A stretch of 64,000 bases of DNA from Eledone cirrhosa. Taxonomy: Eukaryota. The notes under the pieces were generated by a model. It was not told the origin of the DNA. It did no database searches and saw nothing but the letters and a program-made list of their open reading frames with translations. Each line of letters starts with the position of its first letter. The first letter of the stretch is position 1. The stretch spans positions 290,036,001-290,100,000 of the forward strand of contig OZ024741.1 of NCBI GenBank assembly GCA_964016885.1, in the 5' to 3' direction. This document shows, piece by piece, positions 54,552 to 64,000 of the stretch. Position numbers and translations under genes: made by a program.

Positions 54552-55360
54552 GTGACTGTGTGCGTGCATATGTAGGAAAGAGAGAGAGTGTGTGTATGTG
54601 TGCGATGAAGAGCCGTTTTAGCGATTGCCGCCGATAAAGTCATTTAAAGCGTGTGAATATCTGCGCATGTGTGCACATCATCCGTTCATTTTACACGTGT
54701 TTCGTTAATTATCAAGTCTGTAGCCGCGGGCGTGAGGTCGTTAAAGAGAATGGCATCAACTCTGCTTCTATCACACTTTCTTACATTTTCCCACTGTTAG
54801 ATGTATATAGCTATATGTTTTTCTCTATATATGTGTGTGTGTGTGCAATTTTGTGAGTATTTTCTTTGTGTCTGTCTATTTGTGTTGTGTGTGCATGTGT
54901 GTAATATACATACATACATATATACATGCACATATGCATACATATATACATAAATACAAACATACATACATGATTTATATATATATATCACATATGTATA
55001 CACACGCACAAATATATACATAAACATATATATAAAAATATATGTATATATATATGCATGTGTATGCATCTGTGTGCGTGCTGTGACACGCATAGTTTTG
55101 TAAATATATATATATATATATATATATGTGTGCGTGTGTGTGTGTATGTGTATGTGTGTGTGTGTGTGTATGTGTGTGTGTGTGTGTGTGTGTGTACACA
55201 CAAACGAATTATGTCATATTCCTGTGGTTGTGTAATTTGCGTGGCTGTTCAGTATTTATCTGTCTGCATGTCTGAGTTCCCTGTACAGTTTATGTATGTA
55301 TATCTTCGTGCGCCTGTTTACTCTTTTCAAGCACACAACACACATAAACACATACAAACG

Positions 55361-55414
<54 letters not shown>

Positions 55415-55450
55415 GGCATATATATATATGCATATATATATATCTGTATA

Positions 55451-55513
<63 letters not shown>

Positions 55514-55724
55514 TATATACATTATTACATATATAGATATATAGCTGTGATTATGCGGGTCTATGTTTCTAAGCTGTTCTATGCTTGTTTGTTCATTCAC
55601 CTTTATGTGGGCGCGTGTATTATGCGTGTCTAGCTGTTTGTGTACGTACATGCATATTAATGTTGCAACAAGAAAAACACCATATTCCTGCAGTAAAACG
55701 CAAAACATGAAATCTTTGCTATAA

Positions 55725-55868
<144 letters not shown>

Positions 55869-55869
55869 T

Positions 55870-55927
<58 letters not shown>

Positions 55928-56157
55928 CACACATGTATCCATATAATACAATGTTTATTATAACAGAGTTATTACGATGATCTTAAAACTTAAACTTTTC
56001 ATCGACACTTCTATCCGATACATCAGGGTGGAAGGAAGTGAGTATAAACACTAACTAATAGAATGAATCTTTAAAAAATGAGAACACAGAAGATGAAAAG
56101 AAAACACACGCACGCTCACATCCAAACACCCGCCCTCATGCAGTTATATATATATAT

Positions 56158-56270
<113 letters not shown>

Positions 56271-56425
56271 TACACACATATATATACACACATATATATA
56301 TATATATACATATATACATACATATATATATGTGTATGTATATATGTGTATATATATATGTATATATGTATATATATATACACATATATACATATATATA
56401 TATATGTATATATGTATATATATAC

Positions 56426-56474
<49 letters not shown>

Positions 56475-57295
56475 CACATATATATATATTTATATATATA
56501 TATATATATATAATTAATTAATTTCAAAAGAATATAAAAATACGTAATATCAGAATAAAAGTATTGAGACATTGAAAAAGAAAAAAGAAAGAAAAGAAAA
56601 GTTAAAAGCGAAAAAAAAAAATTATCAAAAAGACAGGAAGAAAGGAAAGAAAAAATAGGAAAACGAGAGAAATTGAGTTAAGAAAATGAAGACAGAAAAG
56701 AAGAAAGGAAGTGAAAGAATGAAGGTTTAATCACAAATCTTGATGGTTGACAGAAATATAGAAGATGAAAAAGAAGAAAAAGAAGGGAGATGAAAAGAAC
56801 AAAAGTAGAAAGAGAATGAACGAAAGTTATAAAATAATATATAGGTAACTGGAAGAAAAATTATAAGAGTGTGAGAAGGAAAGACTGGACGTCCTGAAAA
56901 CATATTTTGATGTTTGAAAGAAACATAACACTATTGTAGAATGGTAAAAATAAATTTATTGCTGATATAACTATAAATTGGTCAAACATACAAAGAAGAA
57001 AGACAGCAGCATTGGAAACGACTATAAATGCCATAATCGAGAAGAAATGGAAGGAAAGAGTGAGGCCTATTAGGGAAATAAATAAATAAATACGGTAGGA
57101 GTTTGATAGACTCTACACTTAGGTCAGTGTGGTGTTTCAGCTACGCCCCGCGGACAAAATCTGTGAAATAAATAACAGAAATGAATAATTTATCTTGAGT
57201 CTGTTAATATTCAAAATGTCCACTGTTGTTATTATTTATACAAAATGGGTTTCGATTGTGAAGATCTAGAAATATTCTTAGTTGTTTTTCAGTTA

Positions 57296-57705
57296 CAGAC
57301 CTGCCAAGCTCTAAAAATCCAAACGGGGAATACCTTGAAAAAATGCCCCAAAACGGGGAGAATTGGGGGTTAAATGGGGGGATTTTATATAATTGTTTCT
57401 ACTTTAGGCACAAGGCCAGCAATTACCCAGTGCATTACTGGTACTTTATTTTATCGACCCCATAAGGATGAAAGGCAAAGTCAACCTCGGCGGGATTTGA
57501 ACTCAGATCGTAAAGGGACGTAACTATGCTGGAAAGCATGGCGTCCGACCCTCTACCGATACTGCCAATCCACCGCCCTTTTATGTAATGAAAGGGGATT
57601 TTATAGAATGAAAGCTATACATAGTTTCGCAAGAGAAGACATCTCTGACCCACCCCAATGTGAGTGGGAGATATCGCCGTCAGACGGGGAGAGTTGACAT
57701 GTCTG
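57296..57705. mobile_element. MITE with 6-bp TSD, interrupted by SINE A (57391-57578, -)
   Basis: CAGTTA|CAGACCTGCCAAGCTCT ... AGAGTTGACATGTCTG|CAGTTA. Confidence 0.8.
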
Positions 57706-58143
57706 CAGTTATACCCTGAATCACACCAGTTGTGTTATTCTGCAGGAAATGTGGTACCAAACACTACCAACAGTAGTACTATTGGTCCATTCAGTGTCAC
57801 AGTCTCTAACAAGAGAGTTAAATACTGCTGTGGAGTAATTTACAAGGCGAAAACAATGCAGAACCTACATGTAATTGCTTGGCGTAAACAAAATATTTTA
57901 TATATATATGTATATAGGTGCATGTTGTGTGCGTGCGCGTCTGTATGCGAGTGTGTATATGTGTGTATGTGTATGTCTGTCTGTGCGCGTGTGTATGTGT
58001 GTTCGCATGTGTGCGTGTGTCTGTACGTGCTTGTGTATGTGTGTGTGTTTGTCTCTGCGTGTGTGCGTGAGTGTGTGCATGTATCTGTATGTATGTATGT
58101 GTGAGTGTGTGTGCGTGTGTTCGCGTATGTGTGCGTTTGTCTG

Positions 58144-58218
<75 letters not shown>

Positions 58219-58899
58219 TGGATTCTCTGTCGGTTTTGACTATGAGCATTCAGTTGTTCGTCCACCCCAGTGTCCGGTTCCTGATTTAACGTGTTAATGG
58301 TTGATATTTGAATTACAGATACAACCCACCCGATGGTCATCTATAGAGTTTCAGTCAATTACATACAATTACACTCATAAGGTTTGGGTCAATCCGAGGC
58401 TATACTAAAGATGATCCCTGGGCCTCATGATTGTAAAGTGAACGTCTTAATCACTCAGTTTTTCCTACGTTCCCATGTATTATATAATTCTCAGTTATAA
58501 GCTGAGGTTCCACCACCGCCAGCACTACAATATAACTATTAATCGTATCACAACTAACACTAGAACCCCAATAACATCAGCTAATACCATTGACACAGCC
58601 AACACTACCACTTGAAACCCTACAAACCTCACAGAGAAACTATCTACCCATCACAAGTCACAAAGTTTAAGCCCTGTAAGAAATCTTTCATGTCGTCCTT
58701 TCTATCTCTGCCACACCAGCGCCATTTTATCTTAATGCTATGTTCTACATACATTCCATAAAAGGAAATACAACCATATCTCCACTTATCTCTACTATGC
58801 GCCATTTTCTTCGATATTTTTACTATTCACTTCAGCGTGCACTCCCAACCAGACACACCCATCTGCTTTCTCTCTCAACACTTCCTTCCGATACATATT

Positions 58900-59110
58900 G
58901 ATTTCTAATTTAGGTACAGATCACCAAATTTAATGGAAGGGCAAAGTTGATTATATCAACACCATTACTTGATTGTATTTTAAGTTGTGGACCTCGAAAA
59001 GAAGAAAAGCAAAGTTGACATCGGCAGGATTTGAACTCGAAATTATAGGATTCAGAACAAACACCGGAATGTCATGTTATCTGACACCATATCAATTCTG
59101 CTAATCCATC
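58900..59110 (-). mobile_element. SINE family A copy (old)
   Basis: aaagcaaagttgacatcggcaggatttgaactc. Confidence 0.75.
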
Positions 59111-59350
59111 GAAATCTCCGTCATATATATTAAATTGTACACTAAGCAGCTAAAGTATGAAGCTGCTCATCTCTCTCTCAATCTACAAAAAAAAAAAAAT
59201 GTAAATAAGACATGTTTACATGGATAAATATATAAAAACGTTTGTTTACATACACATTTCTCGTAATTCCATTAACGGGATCTTCTGTGGGATTCTTTGC
59301 TTAAACTTTAATCTGTTATTTTAATAAATATATATAAATAAATAAATAAA

Positions 59351-59434
<84 letters not shown>

Positions 59435-59470
59435 CGTGTATGTGTGGGTGTGGGTGTGTGCGTGTGCGTA

Positions 59471-59501
<31 letters not shown>

Positions 59502-59564
59502 GCGTGTGTGCGTGTTTGTGTGTGTGTGTGTGCGCGCGTGTGCGTGTGCGTGCGTGTGCGTGTT

Positions 59565-59626
<62 letters not shown>

Positions 59627-60545
59627 CGTGCGTGTGTGCGTGTGTGTGTGTGTGTGTCTAAATCTCCGTCTCTCTGTGTTTCGAGAACTTGGCCCATGTT
59701 ACCTGTGAATTGTACTGTCAATATGACTCGAGTAATTTAATCTTGAGAACTGTGGTATTCTATTGATTATGAAGAATAACAATAAAATCTGCAAAACTCA
59801 ACAATAAGAAAACATTTACATTCTCGCTTGCCTTGCTAGAAATATCAAGCAAGTTTCCCTACCATCATAAATAAGGGAAGGCCGCAATGATTGAAATAAA
59901 GATGGAATGTAATGTGGCTAGAGCACCTTGGACCATAGGTCAGTTCAGTTATAGCTGACCTGAAGCTTTATAGCAACAGCAAAAACAACAATATCAATAA
60001 AAACTTAAACACACTTGCGCTATATTGCCGTCACAAAAATCACCTCATAAACTATCACACACACACACATACACGCTCACAAACTCTCTCACACACACAA
60101 CCAAACATTTACAAAATACACACTCTCACACATACAAACACACACACACGACCACGCGCACACACACACACACACACATACACAGACACACACACATACA
60201 CAGGTCACAAGCTCACACAAACATCCTAGACACACATGAAGTCCTTTAAATGTTTTTCACTCCACTAACATCTTCCCTTTCATCATCAGCACCAGCACCA
60301 GCAACACCACCATCACCAGCAACACCACCATCACCAGCAATACCACTACCACCACCACCACCACCACCACCACCACCACCACTACATAAATATAGTGCAC
60401 TAAACTCAGGTCAACCAAGCGCTAGAAATAGCCAGCTTACACATCACTTTTTTTACACACATTCCCATCCCCTACATCATCACCACCAACGCCAACACAC
60501 ACTAAGAGGCATATACATCCTACACCACCACCACACCACCACCAT

Positions 60546-60625
<80 letters not shown>

Positions 60626-61729
60626 TTATCTTCTACCGATACTGCCACTACCGCCACCACCAGCACAACTACCACCACTACCACCACCACAACTACTACA
60701 ACTACTTCTAGCAATACTGCCACTACCATCATCACCCACTCTCAACCAACACCCCTCAATTTACATCCATGTACATTATTGCTAATCTCCACCTCCACCG
60801 ATCACTGAAAAATAACACAACAGGAAGATTTCATGGCTGATTTCCCCTTTGATGCAGACGAACACCTCCAGATGGCACTGCTGCCAGCGGAAAGAAACTC
60901 GACAACCGAAATCTTTGACATAATTACCATATAAATGAATACATAAATGAATAAATAAATAAATAAATACTAAATAAATAAAGAATCGGTTTATAAAAAA
61001 GAGCCGTGTAGGTTTGACGAAGTATTGGTGTGGTATAGAAGTTTCTTTCAGATGAGTAGGCGTGGTAGGCACGCATGGAGTGGACTGAGCAAGTAGTGCA
61101 CCAATGATTGATATTGATTTGATGGTGGATGTTATTTACTCCCTATGTGCCAAATTGGCTAAACTGGATAGAACCGTAGGATAGAAAACATTTTGGTATT
61201 CATGCCTGTTTTCAGCTTTCTGAGTTCAAATCATACTTATCTCAACTTCACCCTTTGTGCTTACATGGTCGATAAATAAAGTCCCAGTTCAGCACTAGGG
61301 CTGATTTTTTTCTTCTCTATATCAATTTCTCACTTCCTCTCTTTCTAACCCTCTCCCTCCTTCTATAGAAGAAATTGTTTGTCTTTAGACCTGGAGAGAG
61401 GATAGAATCCGTCACATTTAAAATGTACAAATCGTATGTCACAACGGTTTCATACGATTACACCAAGAATTATTAATTCAAGAGAGAAGTCTCAGGCCAA
61501 CATGTTTCAAGCAGACCTTTAATGAAAATTGTTGCAGCCATGAACATTCCCTCTTTATTGGTTCAGACATATTGTATGCAATTCTACTATATATTTTGTG
61601 TCAGGTCATATTCTTTTAAATGTATACTTGCTTTCAGAACAATTTGCTTGCTCTTTCTTGCTATTGAGTCATATAATATCTGTAAATTTCAAAATCTCTA
61701 AAATATTCTTAAGACTTAAAGGGTAGACG

Positions 61730-61822
61730 ATTGAGCAAGGTACAACGAAAAATTCCTTTCATTTACAACCATACCACCGGGAAGGTGGCCGATCTGAATA
61801 AATTTGAAATTAAGAGAAAGAC
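61730..61822 (-). mobile_element. Interspersed repeat fragment homologous to 32682-32775
   Basis: ccaccgggaaggtggccga...aattaagagaaag versus ctttctcttaatt...ccggccaccttcctggtgg. Confidence 0.65.
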
Positions 61823-61857
61823 ATACATACAAACATACATACATAACATATATAATG

Positions 61858-61981
<124 letters not shown>

Positions 61982-62324
61982 TGTGTGTAAGCCAGAACCA
62001 CACCTACACACATATTTTTCTTATCCTCCATTACATTACTTCAATAAATTCAACGAATAAAAGAATTAATCTTTGAATCTCGCTGCAGTGTGTCACTTAC
62101 ACTCCACCATCATTACCACCAACTTTGTCCACCACTATCCCCATTACCACCAGCTTTCTCCATCACCATCATTACCACCAACAACACCAACATCACCTGT
62201 ACTATTTTTCATCAGGGCCGCAATCACCACCAACTGCACCACCATCACCAACAGCACTACCACCACCGCCACTACCATTTATCACCAGGACGACTACCAC
62301 CACAATTTATCACCACCACACCCT

Positions 62325-62399
<75 letters not shown>

Positions 62400-63000
62400 C
62401 TCCACCAACACCACCACCAACACCACCACCACTACTACTACTACTACTAGCTTTACAATTATAAACCCACCCCACAAACTTCATCTTAACTCTATTGACA
62501 TCTCTCCTTTTTTTCTTTTCTCAACGTCTCTCCCTTATCCTCACACTCATGCTCTCCTTTATCTCCGCACTCATACTTTCCCTCATTCCCACATCAAGAT
62601 TTCCTTTCTTTTCCCTACACTCACGCTCTCCCTCATCCGTAAACTCATGCACTTCCCCATTACCACACCATATTTACGCGTTTATATCCACATACTTTCT
62701 TTCACTAACTTCCGCGTTCATCCTCTCACATATCCATATACTCATGCTCACCCTCATCTCCACACTCATATCTTTGCTTCTCTCTACATTCAATCTCTTC
62801 CTCTTCCCCATACACATTCGTTCTAACAAACCTACAAACAGTTACCCATACATCTACTGTAGTCTCAATTTACAGAAGCCAGTTTTTTTTTTTACATCGT
62901 ATGCGGCCCTTGCAAACAGCTCACTACCTGGCTGGCCGCCACCCTCTTCTCAACCTTTATCTCTTTTCAAAGATATCTCTTATGTAATTGTAGGCATGAC

Positions 63001-63069
<69 letters not shown>

Positions 63070-63140
63070 AACTTATGTGTATATATATTTATATATATGT
63101 GTGTAGGTGTATATATTTATATATATATATATTTTTTGTG

Positions 63141-63178
<38 letters not shown>

Positions 63179-63324
63179 ATAGTACGTATGTGGGTCTGCC
63201 TGTGTGTGTGCAAGTATATATTTTTTCTCAAGAAGCCGCCAAGTTTAGTGATTCAGGGATATATAATGTGATATAGCTTTTGATCTTCGTTTGTCAGTCG
63301 TGTGTATATATGGGTTTATAATTT

Positions 63325-63413
<89 letters not shown>

Positions 63414-63415
63414 GT

Positions 63416-63476
<61 letters not shown>

Positions 63477-63611
63477 CGTGCGTGTGTGTGTGTCTTCAAG
63501 CATATATCTGAATGTATGCCCATATCCATATGTGCATGTTTGTATTCACACACACAATCACAAACACATATATATACATAAATATGTGTGCATATATCAT
63601 TATTGTTATAG

Positions 63612-63985
63612 TTATCGGTAGAAGGGTCGGACGCCATGCTTTGCAGCAAAGTGTTACGGCCCTTTACGGTCTGAGTTCAAATACCGCCGAGGTTAACTTT
63701 GCCTTTCATCCATACGGGAGTCGATAGAATAAAGTACCAGTAATGTACTGAGATAATTGCTGGCCTTGTGCCTAAAGTAGAAACAATTATTGTTGTTTCT
63801 AGGGCGGTGGATTGGCAGTATCGGTAGAGGGTCGGACGCCATGCTTTGACGCATAGAGTTACGGCCCTTGCCATTCTGAGTTCAAATCCCGTCGAGGTTA
63901 ACTTTGCCTTTCATCCTAACGGGGGTTGATAAAATAAAGTACCAGTAATACACCGGGATAATTGCTGAAATTGTAGAAACAATTA
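63612..63985 (+). mobile_element. Two tandem SINE A copies (63612-63788, 63801-63985)
   Basis: Full-length consensus-like copies. Further diverged copies lie at about 3205-3285, 38795-38950, 42290-42690, 50749-50880 and 61150-61290. Confidence 0.92.
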
Positions 63986-64000
63986 TTATTAACACAGGGC

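Overview
Non-coding, AT-rich, microsatellite-dense animal genomic DNA. The SINE types and repeat landscape suggest an octopus-like cephalopod; this is inference, not verified. No host protein-coding gene can be supported, and nearly all ORFs in the track are simple-repeat artefacts. Recognisable mobile elements are a frameshifted mariner, a degraded Tx1/L1-clade LINE, a 5'-truncated Penelope-like element (PLE, GIY-YIG), two non-autonomous Helitrons, several MITEs and about 25 SINE copies. The main hidden signal is a dense population of type I hammerhead ribozymes (HHR): about 22 intact or near-intact motifs plus several decayed ones, all folded by eye. They occur in three settings. (i) Tandem arrays with one HHR per unit: 466 bp (1-2669), 467 bp (44810-45859) and ~525 bp (30065-30900). 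The first two are divergent homologues with covarying ribozyme stems and a conserved octamer hairpin, i.e. candidate retrozymes or circular-RNA replicons. (ii) Short palindromic or solo PLE-pLTR-like inserts embedded in (TA)n tracts. (iii) The 3' end of the PLE itself, a plausible source of the mobilising enzymes.
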